Shown one piece after another: positions 13,570-40,017 of a stretch of DNA of 64,000 nucleotides. Source of the stretch: Phoronis australis (lineage: Eukaryota; Animalia; Phoronida). Position 1 is the stretch's first letter. Each line of letters opens with the position of its first letter. Made by a program: the position numbers and the translations under genes. Under the pieces are notes generated by a model. That model was given only the letters and a program-made list of their open reading frames with translations. It was not told the origin of the DNA and did not search any database. The stretch covers positions 375,171 through 439,170 of the forward strand of contig NMRA01000289.1 of the NCBI GenBank assembly GCA_002633005.1, given 5' to 3'.

Positions 13570-15369
13570 CCCGGGTGAGAATTTTACACGTTTGAAACGC
13601 TTTTGAGCGTGTCAAACGTGTCAGACGTGTAAAAAAACGTGTAANTTTTGAGCGTGTCAAACGTGTCAGACGTGTAAAAAACGTGTAATACGTGTCAAAA
13701 TTGCCACGTTAACGTGTAAAACGTGTAAAAACATGACACGCTAGCGTGTCAAACGTGTAAAATTTGCCACGTTAGCGTGTCAAACGTGTAAAATTTGCCA
13801 CGTTAGCGTGTCAAACGTGTAAAATTTGCCACGTTAGCGTGTCAAACGTGTAAAATTTGACACGCTATGGTGTCAAGCGTGTAAAATTTTGACACGCTAG
13901 CGTGTCAAACGTGTAAAATATGATAGAACTCTTCAATAAAGATACAATTTAAATAGGCTTGGCAGTTCTGAAAAGGACACTGGGAGGTAATCACCCAATT
14001 TGAATGATTAAACATGTTCCGTCAATAACATCAAAGAGTTTGCAATAAAAGTTTTCACTGCCTATTGAAATATCCAAATACTGAGTTAGAGTTGGTTTAG
14101 CTGTCAGAGAGTGCAGTCCTCTCAGGAGAGCACTTATGAAGTATGGTTTTCGAGTGTGGTGCAGCTCTAACAGAAGTTTAGTATGTATATACTCTGGTTG
14201 ACAGTGGCTTGATAAACTTTTCTTGCAAATGATCATTTTTTACAGGTAAGTTTGATTGTAACAGAAAACAAGTGTCAGTAGAAACTGTTGACTACGCAGT
14301 TAATATATGAAGTTGGAACGCCTCTCATCTTCAGTAGTATTTCAATTCATAATATTGTTGTTATTGGATCAACTCACATTTTGTGTCAGCTTGAATGAGG
14401 ATAAGACATTGTGTTTAGAGGTTTGGGCTGCAAAATCAACATAAACTCAATGTTATGACAAATGTTGAATCACTCTTGGTAATTCAAAGATGTTACAAAG
14501 TGCGTCTGTTCTTTACTTCATAAACTGTTTTCAAGCAACTGGCCTGACTCAAAAGCTTAGACTTATATGCATATATATATATAGCAGCTTAAGCACTTCA
14601 AATTTGTATGTTGAACCATTTTCTTATAAATGTTATTCTAGATGAAATGAAATTTAGTGACAACAGTATGTGGTAAGAGTTGGATAGTTACATTATCATT
14701 TTAATGATTCTATATCATTATCACATTTTGGATTATTTACATCAACAGTAACAATAAACTGTGACTTAAAGAAGAAATCCCTTTATACATTTGCTTTCAG
14801 TATGGATTCCCATGGTGGATGGTGAACTGCTATAAACAAGAACATTATGGCTTGTACACGGCCTCAGGCTAAATGAAGGGTCGCTACCATGGCAATGACA
14901 CAGATTACAGGCTAGCGTGTCAAAAGCGCCACGTTTGACACGCTAGGGTGTCNCCCATGGTGGATGGTGAGCTGCTATAAACAAGAACATTATGGCTTGT
15001 ACACGGCCTCAGGCTAAATGTAGGGTCGCTGCCATAGCAATGGCACAGATTACAGGCTAGCGTGTCAAAAGCGCCACGTTTGACACGCTAGCGTGTCAAA
15101 AGTGCCACGCTTTTGCCACGTTTTGGTACGCCACGTTCAACACGCTATCGCCACGTTTTACACGCTTATCGCCACGTTTGACACGCTAAGCGTGTCAAAC
15201 GTGGAGTATTGGAACGAAAATTACACGTTTTTGACCCGTTCTTGACACGTTTGACACGCTACATTTTACACGTTTGACACGCCACGTTTTACACGTTCGA
15301 CACGTTTTTAGGGCGTTCCAATACTCCACGTTTTTAGAGCGTGTCAAACGTGTCAAATTCTCACCCGGG
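13570..15369. mobile_element. Non-autonomous TIR element with subterminal tandem arrays (CACTA/EnSpm-like)
   Basis: TIRs cccgggtgagaattt(t/g)acacgtttga..; ~31-bp subterminal repeats gcgtgtcaaacgtgtaaaatttgccacgtta at 13740..13920 and inverted counterparts at 15060..15355; AT-rich non-coding core. Confidence 0.8.
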
Positions 15370-16026
15370 TAGCTCAGTTCCCCCCGCGACGGCCCACTGT
15401 CAAAGATGGTTATATGCGGGCCATGTGGAGACGATTTCTCGCTTACTCACACTGGTCATCGCTCAGATTCCCTTAGCCCCAGCATTGCAATGGCTATTCA
15501 GCTCGCCCTTAATTGCCATGCGGTAGATCCCCCTCCCCGTGAAATGAATTTTTCTAAGCGTTTATTAGAGCCAATACAGTATACAGCTTTCCAACAAGGC
15601 TAGGTGATGCTACGACATTAACCTTTGTTGCATTAGTAACTGGTCTTGGCTAATTATCATTTTATGGCCTGGGCCCGGTCTCCAATCTCCGTATGACTCA
15701 GACTCGAATCATTGCTCAAACTCACACTTTATACTCAACTCGAGTACAGACTCAGCTTTGGTGTATTCAATGTCATATTCGAAAAATCTGTACTCGAAAT
15801 TTCGAGCACGTACTCAGTTTTCGAGTGTACTCGAACTGAAGTGTATCTCATCTATATTTCGAGTACAATTTTGAGTAAAAATTCGGAGTCTATGCTCAAA
15901 TTTCAAGTTTGCTATGGCAGTGTGCTTGAAATCGTACTACGAGCCAGAGAACAATCGAAAGGGAACCAAGAAACACAGCAAATCTAAAAAAATAAATCCT
16001 CTTACCGTATCTCAGCCCACTTCAAT

Positions 16027-16243
16027 GAAGCAGCCGGAGGCAGCGCAGGCAGGCTCCCACGTAGCACTTGGGCGGGCCTCAGCCAAGCAGCAGGAGACAG
16101 CGCAGACAGGCTCCGACGTAGCGCACTTGGGCGGGCTTCAGCCAAGCAGCCCGGAGGCAGCGCAGGCAGGCTCCGACGTAGCACTTGGGCGGGCCTCAGC
16201 CAAGCAGCCGGAGGCAGCGCAGGCAGGCTCCGACGTAGCACTT
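16027..16243. repeat. GC-rich 57-bp minisatellite running into an assembly gap
   Basis: Unit aagcagccggaggcagcgcaggcaggctccgacgtagcacttgggcgggcctcagcc, about 3.7 copies before the N run. Confidence 0.9.
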
Positions 16244-16776
16244 NNNNNNNNNNNNNNNNNNNNNNNNNNNNNNNNNNNNNNNNNNNNNNNNNNNNNNNNN
16301 NNNNNNNNNNNNNNNNNNNNNNNNNNNNNNNNNNNNNNNNNNNNNNNNNNNNNNNNNNNNNNNNNNNNNNNNNNNNNNNNNNNNNNNNNNNNNNNNNNNN
16401 NNNNNNNNNNNNNNNNNNNNNNNNNNNNNNNNNNNNNNNNNNNNNNNNNNNNNNNNNNNNNNNNNNNNNNNNNNNNNNNNNNNNNNNNNNNNNNNNNNNN
16501 NNNNNNNNNNNNNNNNNNNNNNNNNNNNNNNNNNNNNNNNNNNNNNNNNNNNNNNNNNNNNNNNNNNNNNNNNNNNNNNNNNNNNNNNNNNNNNNNNNNN
16601 NNNNNNNNNNNNNNNNNNNNNNNNNNNNNNNNNNNNNNNNNNNNNNNNNNNNNNNNNNNNNNNNNNNNNNNNNNNNNNNNNNNNNNNNNNNNNNNNNNNN
16701 NNNNNNNNNNNNNNNNNNNNNNNNNNNNNNNNNNNNNNNNNNNNNNNNNNNNNNNNNNNNNNNNNNNNNNNNNNNN

Positions 16777-16898
16777 CCCCCCCCCCCGATTTCTTGAAAT
16801 TTCACGTTTAAGCGCCCATGTCTGGTTAACCGCCCACCCCCGATTTTTTGGGTTCGCCAGTTTAACCGCCCAGGGCGTTAACCCGAACGATTACGGTA
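16777..16898. mobile_element. Right end of a Tc1/mariner-pogo-type MITE
   Basis: Ends ...cgattacggTA with internal ttaaccgccc repeats; the matching left end is not visible (probably in the gap). Confidence 0.45.
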
Positions 16899-18799
16899 GT
16901 ATACAGCTTTGGGCCAAGGCTTGGGCAACCCCTATGTATACGATGGCCATCCCCTTAGAGGACACCTTTTTCGAAGACTTCGAACAACCAGGAGCCATAC
17001 CAAAAGGCATGGCGAACCTTTTACACCAATGTGGCAAACAGTAAACAATAAAGAACGGATGATATAATGATAAAATACGATGTAAGCTCTTCACAATATA
17101 AGTAGTCGAGGCTCTAGCAGCCACGTCACTTACGTATCAGCCAATCAGCGATCACTGTCAGGATTTCAGTCTTTTAATTGATAAAAACTATGAATGCGCT
17201 TTTGTTTAGCATGCTACTGGGGCAAATGTGAGATTCATTTATATTTTAGAACCGGTTAACTGTTGCATTATTGTTACTATAGTGCCCTTTTAATGCCTTG
17301 AGTGCAGTTTACACTACAAAAGTTGACACTGATCAGCTGACACAGAACGAGATGTTCTAGTGCATTAGTATGTGACTGACCTGGAGCAAATTAACACCAC
17401 AGTGACAACTTTTGCCACCCATTTGGGAGGTAGAGCAATTTGCGCTCAGTCATCTTGCTGTGTGTCAATATTATATGTCTAAACACAAATTGGGGCAAGG
17501 CAGAAATCATCATATCTACTGCACTTATGCAGTGACCTACATGTGGGTTCTCTGTCTCTGCAACTGTAAACCTGGGCATGCATGTGCTTTTCATTCTCCA
17601 GCCTACAAGTTCTGTCTTGCCACAGTTAGTGAGTTCCTGTGTATGTAAACATCTCTTGACACTTGTCAATTTGACCTGTGTCAGTTGTGCTGGGCCAAAA
17701 GTTGGCTTCTGGTGAAAATGCCCCTATTGTGGAAAATGCGACTGTCCGTCTAAAACGCTATGGTTTGTGCCAGTGCAAAATCGTTAGCATTTTCGCCACT
17801 CACCTAAGCCTAGTTCCAAAGTCTTTATAGATGGATTAAGTCGGTATGTGGTGTCAAATTTCATGTTTTTCAAATGCTAAACGCTGCCCCAGTTCTTACC
17901 TCATTTATTTTAAACCTGTTCACACTAGCGACAAAAGTCACTGACAGGTCCTATTCAGATCTCACCTAGACATTTACACCTGTTGCAAATTAGTTCATTG
18001 GTTACAAAATCTCACAGCCACATACGAACCTGTAGAATTTCATTCATGCTGTGCTTTCCCAGCTCAAGTTCTGCTGCAGAATTCAGAGGTGTAAATGGGC
18101 TTATTCAGGTCTATTTACACACTTGTGGGGAATAATTGAGTTAGGCTTTGTAATTATCTTCAAAGAAGAACTTCAAGGGCTGATACTTTAGGGATACAGT
18201 GAGGTTTTGTGTAAACTTGCATAATGGTGTCTGCCGACTGAGTTTGGTTCAAAATGTAACCTAGAATTTGTATTTTATGTCTAGTCATTAAACATTACTT
18301 CATATTTTCTTGGTCCTGGTTATTACAAACTTACCTGGGCTAATGTGTGATTTAGGTTGCAGATGTTAATATTCCCTTTGAGTTGTTTTGACATCTGTTT
18401 TGATGTTTGCAGTACACATTTATGAAAAATTTTGGACTTTTGTGTTGCTGTTCATTGCTTTTATTGAAAAATGAAGCATTATTTTGATAAAGAAGACAAA
18501 ATTTTGATGATGTCAAAACTTTGCACCTATCATAAATGGATACTTAGACTGCCAATCAAACCATATTGTGAGGATGATCTTTAATTTTTAAGAGATAACT
18601 TCATATGTGACTGAGTGGAGTTTATAAATTTATTATTTCTTCGGGTACTTCCTCTGTTGCAAATTTCATTACCATACATTTTTATTAGATTTGACATTTT
18701 TTTTTACCTTGACCTGATTGCTGTGGGCTTTTGTAATATTTTTAATTATTCGTAGTTTACATGTTGTGTTTCAATTCAGTGTTGCCCCCACCCTCACCC

Positions 18800-19553
18800 T
18801 AGACTCGCGCTAGACTTTTAAAACTATCAGCCAAAAATGGCTATTTAGCATCGGAAAACTTTTCACCATTTTCAAAAATTATTAGCCAAATACTTTCTCT
18901 TTTCCCAACACCCATAATTGATAAAAATACAGAACAAACTTGTTATTTTTCATGTTATGCACATGTCCTTTTGGTAATGCACTATAAGAAAAGGTGTTTG
19001 CCTTAAGAAAAAAACAAATGATCAGCATTCCAAGGTTATATAACAAAATCACTGGCCAGTGTTCGACTTGGGCTGTTGTGCAGAGAAAATATAATATAAC
19101 TCATTAAGTAACAAATTGACATTTACTTCAGCTGCTTTCTTTCGATTGCCCCCCCCCCCGAAATAGCCTTCTATCCGTTGTTTTAGCATTGTCACGCTCA
19201 GACCACCAGCAGCAACACCTACACGAGATCTTGCTATGAAGCGAGAAATAACCATTTCCAAGAGTGCTGACCCCCACACAGATGAACATTTCATTGCGGT
19301 AAAAGAGTGATTTCAGGGGTAATGTCAGGCATGAACATTCGTTTGCTATTTTTAGTACTCGGAATCGATGTAAGAATGTTGTTTGTGGCGCGACGTGATT
19401 CGAGTCGACAAGCGAGTAGGTTTCCTGAAATAAATTTTTATTGTTAAGTTGCGGAAGCATTCGTCAAGTTGGCAATCAGACTTAGTTCTACTTTTGTCAG
19501 TACTGCTCTGAATTCGCCAATAGCGAGCTGGCGATTGGCTAGCACAAGCCTCA
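18800..19553. mobile_element. Degenerate hAT-type MITE
   Basis: Imperfect TIRs tagactcgcgctag / ctagcacaagcctca; 8-bp cctcaccc on both flanks. Confidence 0.5.
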
Positions 19554-22500
19554 CCTCACCCCCTCACTCTTATGCTAAGCTTCATGTAGTTGTTATTGTT
19601 AGGACCATTGTATATGGTGAATAATCATCAGATTCACTACCTGGAACTGAAGAGTTTGAAGAGAGTAAAGCATTATGTAAGTTAACTCTGTTTGAAGTTT
19701 TATGCTTGTACAAGACCTTGTGACTTCCCATACCTATGTATTGTTACAGTGAACAAATTAACCAGGGTAATTTGAGGATGCTCAGTGAGGTCTGTACAGT
19801 CTGTGAATCAACAGTTACAGCATGTTGTCTCAATATTTGAGATTTGTCTGAATTCACGTGGCTGAATAGCATAAGCAGATCCGAGTTGCAGTCGCTATCG
19901 ATCGCAAATAATGAACCTGTTCCACTGCGTCACATCAGTGGCTGTCATGTGTATCTGTATCTACCTGTATTGTGGCCTTTCAATACAGTTGCCCCTCTAA
20001 TCGCGTATACAAACAAAGTCGACATGGTGAGATGTAAAGAACCCAGCTTCATTCCACAGGACAGAGAAAACAACCTCTTTTTCGCATTTCTGGTGTGAGG
20101 TCATTGTATGTCTGTTTTTGTTACCTTTATTTTCTAATCTGCTCCGTTGCACAGATTCAACACGAGTTTTGAACTGTGGTTTGTGAATGCTGGTTTGGTC
20201 AGGTTACTATTCTTTTGAATGCATTTGGTGTGAAGCAGGGGTGAACAGAGGGTTGTGAGCTCAATGGAATTCTTGGTTCTAGAATACTTACTTGCAGTTG
20301 AAGTTGGTTTAGTTTGTATAATCTTTGGTTCGACAGAAGTGAGAATGTGGTGGTCATGACAAAAATAGGGCTAAACCAATAGTGTGGGAAACTTTTTGAA
20401 GAAATCTCCACATTTGCCCCATATGAGTATTTTGAGGTGCATTTTTGATCCTGATATTGGGCAAGCATTTTTTTCCTCATTATCCCAAATTTGCATGCAC
20501 AAAAAGATTATTATTGGGTCATAATTAGCATAAACATAAACCACATCTCATGAATATCATGATCAAATGTGGAGATTTTTTCTTGATTCTTATGTACGGT
20601 GGGGATGCTCAATTTGTTTTTTATACTTGCAAGGTCATTTCACTGGTCAAGGTCATGTGATAATTTACCAATCAGGTCTATTTTCTTAGAATGCTCATTT
20701 GAACAAAGAGTGGCGATTTTTTTAAAACTCGCACGTTTTTTTGGCTTTAGATTTTCAGGGAAAATAGCTGTGATTGGAATATAATCGTGTGACCTTTTGA
20801 CCTTGAAGGACCTGGTATGTATGAAAAACGAGCACCTTGGCTTGAACAAACATATTTCCAATTCAGAGTTTTGTCTTGTCTGCCATGCTTGCTAAATATA
20901 TGGAGATGAAATAACTCCATGATTGAAAATGTTTCGACTTACATGCTGATATAGCTCACAGGTGAATGTATTTTGATTGATCTGCTTTTGAACAGCACAG
21001 TAATCATGACTCTTTTGAATTGATAGATCATGTGGCAAGTATTCTGTGCTCATTTTATAATTTGATGAACATGTAATAGGTAATTAATGGCAATGAAGAC
21101 ACCCAAAATGTATTAAATGATGAAACATTTTTTTAACATTAAACTGACATCGCAATGTATTGGTTTAAGGTGACGTGTTTGTGTAAATATCCAGAAGATG
21201 GCAGTACTGTTCTTCCACGTTATTTCATGCATGACTGATTAATTGATCTGCTGAAGTAATTTCCTCATGTTAAAAAGCATCCTGTCTGATTTTGATGATG
21301 TGATGTGATTCTACAAGTCACATCTTTGCTTTTTGTATGCAATTGAACAAGATGGGGATGATCTGCGGGAAAAATTCTTCAGTTTGGGACAAAAATAATA
21401 ATGTTTTCTATTTTTCAAAGGCGTACCACATTGTTGCAAGTGTTCAAAATTTTATCATTTGTTAATAGCTATGCAATCCAAACCATGTCAAAAGCAAAGT
21501 AAGTTTTCCTGAAAGCCTTTGTTGTTAAGAAATTTGACAAAGTGAAATTTCATCTGTCCACCATATTGTGTCCCAAACTGAAGAATTTTTACTTCAGGGC
21601 ATTTATTTTGAGCGAACTTTCAATCTGGTTAATTATTTCAATAATCAGTAAAATGTTTCTTAGAAATCAGTCGCACACAATTTTTGCTGTAATATGGTAC
21701 TTTACTTATTTTAGCAAACATGTTGGAAACGTGAAATTATAATTTGTCAAAAATTTTCAACCAATAAGAAAAGTCTCCTTTATCCCAAGCATAGTTTGTA
21801 TTGTTTGTACAGCAGGGTATGGCAACATTTGGTAAATTTCTGATAATTTTTAGCGTTTTGTCAGTCCTGTTTTGTCAGTCCTCGAAAAATAGAAAAGCAC
21901 ATGGTACTAATTAATTATTTTTCTAAGTACCAACTGATGACTGACAGCAGATGGTTGTTGAGTAGAGGAGAACATCTTCTAACCTTCAAATACTGTAAAA
22001 TCTCATCTATTTTGGCCATAAGTAGCTGTTACACTTGTTGGTTATTTTTCAAGCTTCTAACATTGCTTTGAATGCCAGAAAATTTTCAAAACATAATGTC
22101 AGATGGTAGCTACCATGCAAAACATGAAAATGGTAAAAATAGCATTACTATTGTACTCCTTATCGCTTATAAAAACAAAAGGTAAAATATCACTTGTCCA
22201 ACAGTGTCCTAAACTGGTTCTCGTTTATGGTATTTGCTTTTGTGCATCACATAACACATATTTCTTAAGGCCACCCATTGTTACTGTAATCACTTTCTCC
22301 ATCTTTTTCACACTAGTGAATCTATTCTGTTTAAGGTTCTAGTATATCCCCCAATAATAACTGGTGTGGTCCAAACATGTTTGGTACCAGGTTTATGCTC
22401 TTAAGTCCCGTCCCCACTCAGACTTACCCTAGAACATCTTGTACTTGTGCAGCTTACTTCACTTTAAGCAGGGTGTCCACACATATATGATAACAAGCCC

Positions 22501-25334
22501 AAGGCAGAAGTTGTTGCTCTGTGCAATTGACAATGCACAGCTGATGCAAATATGGCACACAAAAGAAGGTCACAACTGAAAATTACTTCTGCCTTGCCCC
22601 AGGTTTGTGGTCACACAGACATTAGAATTGGCACAAGTTACCCTTAGAACAAGTTATACTACCTTGATAAGATGGAGTAAGTTGTCACAGGTGGGGCTAG
22701 TTCCACTAATTTAAATATCAGCAGATAGCCCCAAAGGTGTGGATGGATATTCATCAGTCATCAACACTGCTATTTGAAAATTGCCTATCACAATTCTGAT
22801 AGTTCTGGTCCAATGCCTTTGAGCTAAATTACTCTGTGTGTATTCAGTTGCAAGAAACTAATGCACTTCCAGGGTTCACCTTGGGTTGGCACATGTCACT
22901 TTCCTACTTAGATGGTTTCTCTATCCTCAATCTTATGTTGGGAATGGGTTGGTTGAAACTTTTTGACAATCCTGTAGACATCTCTCCTGGTCACTTACAA
23001 AAAATGCAGGTGAAATGATTTCTTGACTAGACTAACAAATTAAATATTCAAGATGATAGACAAAACTTGTGGACTGTCAAGAGTGTGAATTAACTATGTC
23101 ATCTAGAATTTATTCCTAGAACTAATGGTATTCAATGTCGCTACTGGAGAGAAGTCAGTGGGAATGGTGAGAGGACGTGTAGTGGAGTTCCGATAGATTG
23201 TTTCAATAATTAGAAAGCACCACCTAAAGTCCAGACAGGAGTGGTAAAGTGCAAACATTATGTGAAATTTGAGGATCGTTGTAGGCAGAGATTATATATT
23301 TTTGGTTACAAAAATTGGAAGGTATCGGAAAACTCAGCTTCAAAATTGCAGTTTGCTAAATGAGTTAGCGTCAGTAGCGTGTGTTCTGAACATGCAGCTT
23401 GTTGCTATACTATTGCGTCATTATAGTGAGAATCATTCAGATTCGAACTCTGTACCTCAGTAAAAAAGTCGATAGACTAGTTTCACTGCAGATGATGAAA
23501 TTTAAACTTTACTTATAAAGAAGTTGGGGTTATTCTGTGATTATAAATCAATTGAGACCAGTTAGCTTTCATGAAATGTAACTTTGAGGTGTTGGAAGTA
23601 ATTGAAGTTATGATTTCAAGGACGGAAAAATGTTGGCTACTTCCCATCAATAAGATGATTGACAATTGGCAATGTCTCAAATATGAGGGAACTAGCGAAT
23701 GTCACATTGAATAAGTTTGTACTGGTGTTTGAAATTCATCTGTTCACCCATCGTTGAAATCATGCAGTTTATGTCCCTGAATACTGAATGTGCATATATG
23801 TGATTTTATCAACATCGTAAAAATCATGGATTTTTTGTTCAGAACTAATCAGCTGCTTCTTGAATAATGAATGACATCAAACCTTTGGTATCTATGTGTG
23901 TGAGTAAAAAGTTTGGTCATTGTGTAGTTATGTGTTTTGTACTGACTGTTTGATTCTTTTTGTCACTGGGAAAGCCAGCCATTTCAGTGGACTGGGTTTT
24001 AAAGATTGTCCTCGCTGTTTTTTCAAGTCAGAAGTTAAATCAGTTGAGAAATTAATTTTATCTTCAGGTGAAGACTCGCTTGGATTTCACAATTATCCTT
24101 TTGATTATTTGTACAAAATCGTATGAACTATTATAGGTGTAGATAAGCATAGATGACTTTTGCTTAACAGTAGTCAAGGTGTGCAAACTATTAACATATC
24201 AATTAATGTTTACAGACTATTCCTGAAAAAAATAAATGCAGTGGTTTCAAGGATAGCAGTGGTGGATAAATGCAAGTTACACTCATGGTACCCATTTTTA
24301 AATAACCACAGCCACAATTTTCAGAGGTGTGTTCCTTTAGAGGGCTTTACATTGAGGGTGACATAGGAGGCAGAGTAGTCATTTAGCCTATATATGATAT
24401 GATCATCTCAATGGCTTTGGCACAAACTTCAGTGATTGTAATTATGACTTGAATCCCTGGGAGCATTTGGTAAACTCCATTTGTCGATTTCTGTTCAAGA
24501 CTTCCCTTTTGTCACTTTGCTGGAATGAATGACCTTTGGAATTGCAAATGCTTATTGGTATCCTATATATTTCTTCCCATTTTTCAAAAGGCTAATGACT
24601 AGGTTAGCAGCATTATTGTGAAGTCTATTAAACTAGGTGGGGAAACCTTGAATCCAAGCTTACCAGACATTTACAGCTAATGGAGTGCTTTAACTGGCAA
24701 TTGTCTGGTTTCTGTGAGTAAATTTAATCTTGCATTGAGTACCTCCTTCTATATTTATGCAGTGATTTAAGCATCGATTGATTCAATTTTAAATAAAACC
24801 CTGGGTAATCTGAATGATTGGGTTCAGGTATTGTTTCATGTCAGTATATGCATGTAGATATCAACATCCTGATATGAGATTTGGACAGAAGACATGTTTG
24901 CTGCTTGCTAAAGCTAGTTTTTAGATCCTTGAAGTTTGCAGCTGAGCAAATTCGTGCTTTAGTGAGAAAATTGACTAATGGATTGATCTGACACGGGTGA
25001 ATCTGCAGCGATGGGGAAGGAGGTTTTTAAACCAGCGTCGCCATGGTAGTGTTATTTTGTCTCTTGCTTCCTAGAACCCCCACCTCCTGTGGATCCGCCA
25101 CTGTCTTACATTTGTAAATGGCATCTTGAAACCATGTGTGTTTTGCAAGTCATGAAAGTTTTACTTTCCTCGACAGTGACATTTCTTTTAATTCTTTTCC
25201 AGGTTTTTGTTGCTCCTCAGTGAAATGAACCAGTTGCAAACTCCGAACATTGGAAACAACATGTGACCTAATCCGACTTGCAGTTAAGGCATATTTTATC
25301 AAGGCAAATCGTTTCTAGAAACTCATCTGCCATC

Positions 25335-37997
<12,663 letters not shown>

Positions 37998-40011
37998 CAT
38001 GGAGTGATTTTTATGACGATTGTGTTTGCAAAAGCTTGCTACGTCTTCTGCTGCCACAATCGACATTTCCTTCTTTCCCTAAAAAGTGGAAGAAACTCTG
38101 GTTCATTACCTAGATTGGACTCTGCCATTGGGCTAAGGAGTACCCTCAGAAGTTGCCTGTTGTATTTTGTTTAGGATGGAAGATCTGGAGTGTTGGCAGC
38201 ATACCAGCTTTCAATCAGGATCTACACCAAGTGGAGATATTGTGAATACCTTGCTCTGCATGAACGTTGAATCATGTAGTTGAAGGGTGTACTACAGTAA
38301 AGCTTGAATAAGTTGGATTTAATCTGATCAAGAGATTTTACAAGAGTGAAGTGAAGGGTGGAGTATCTGAGGGACTAAGTGCACAAACTACGACAACCTG
38401 CTGCAAAACTTTTTTGGAGCTAAGAGCTGACATGAGGTCATTCAACTTGCACAAGCTTTACCGTAGAAGCAATAGCGGTTAAAGCTAGTCTTTGATTAAA
38501 AGGATTTGTTGTGGAACTTATACATTCCCTGCATGTGTTTGAAGTCTCTTATATAGATTCAGCTGCTGCTGGATCAAAATTAAGTCCACCAGCGTTGTAT
38601 ACCCATGTTGCTTGTAATTGTCATTGGATTGGGAAATCTTTTAGCCTGTTAAGGTTGTAACGCGTCTTCTTCTTCACAAGGAAGTCCAACACTGTGTCAG
38701 AATTGGTCTGTTACATAGGTTTTTTTCTTTAGTGGAGAATAACTTTTTGAGGCCACGTAATCCAAAAGTATCCAGTTTACTATTGTCTAATATTGTTTAC
38801 AGCATAACATCAATCAAATATGTAAACTGTTATCTTCTTATTCATGACTTAGTTTTCTTGTATGCACTTTGGCAGAGAATAGTATATTCTTTTGTATTTG
38901 TTATTGTTGCTACTTTTAACGGTATTGCTCTTATTTATTCGGAGAATATACTGTTCTTGTTTTATTTCCTAGAAAAAAAACTGTCATTTTACATTTTGAT
39001 TCTTTACTGTTTATTAATTAACTGCATTCCACAAATAAATTCCAGAGTTTTTAGCAAAATATTCAAAGTGTCATTTTTTATTGGTCGTCTGGATTGCAGA
39101 TTTTTGTATATTACTTTTATATATTTTCTATATTGTGCACATTCGATGTTTTGTACTTAAAAACAAAACTGTTCCAGGGGATGAGAGCTTTTATCCTGTT
39201 TCATTTCTTATTTATTTGCTTAATTATGCTGATAGTAAAATATATTCTTACTTACTAGTCCTTGGATTATGAATGTACCCTTCTGGTCGAAAGAAAATAC
39301 ATCATGTCACGTCTACTGTTCACAAGACGAAGTATGGCCAGTGTTGACATCACATGGGTAAATATTCACTTGCAATGAATGAAAAACATTTGTAACACTA
39401 CAGTTGACAAACATTTTGTGAAGCAGATGTCACACATTTTGTGCAACAGGAGTCTAATGTTTTGAAGAACAGATGTCAAAAAATTTTGTTGAACAGTCAG
39501 GTGACAGTGAGACATAGAGACAGTGCCTGGACGTCTGGTGGATGCCAAGGAGAGGACAGCCGCCCGATGAGATGAATCATTCAGTCAACTGGAGCCACCC
39601 CTCAACAGTCCGGCAGATATCTGGGCATCACCCCTTCAACAAAAATTAACAGTTTTGTGGGTAATAATTGCTTCAAAAACACTCCTTTGTTTACTTACAA
39701 GAGTTCATTTGCGTGACATGACACCATTACCTAGGCTAGTTCGGGATTTTTTTAAAACCTGTCTTATGTATGAATCGGAAACTTAAAGTGATTCTGTGCC
39801 GGTATCCGTGTTTGGATTTTACTAGAGTTTACTGAGCTCGACCTGCATTTGCTAGTTTATAATTTTGGTTGATTATGATGTTTGACTGGCCATTTTGTTC
39901 GAGATGAATTAATATGTTCATAGTTTGATTATCTCAATGTTGATATTTAATGCTTGATATTCAGATTAATTCATGGATTGAGGAACTTTGATTTTATGTT
40001 CAGTGCCCATT

Positions 40012-40017
40012 AATAAA
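40012..40017 (+). terminator. Candidate Rab23 polyadenylation signal (AATAAA), implying a ~2 kb 3'UTR
   Basis: AATAAA at the end of a T-rich region downstream of the stop. Another AATAAA lies near 39033, so the site is not unique. Confidence 0.35.

Noticed and set aside
13590-13920. Regularly spaced ~31-bp repeats resembling a CRISPR array
   Set aside because: No unique spacers, eukaryotic context, and they are subterminal repeats within a TIR element.
14808-15100. ~145-bp tandem duplication (also the short one at 13600..13690)
   Set aside because: Each junction is a single n, typical of unmerged allelic contig overlaps.
15914-17044. 376-aa and 267-aa ORFs spanning the first gap
   Set aside because: Their length comes from the N run; the flanks are a minisatellite and a MITE end.
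38732-39272. 142-aa hydrophobic ORF after Rab23
   Set aside because: T-rich 3'UTR-like sequence translating to F/L/I/Y; no ATG start and no homology.
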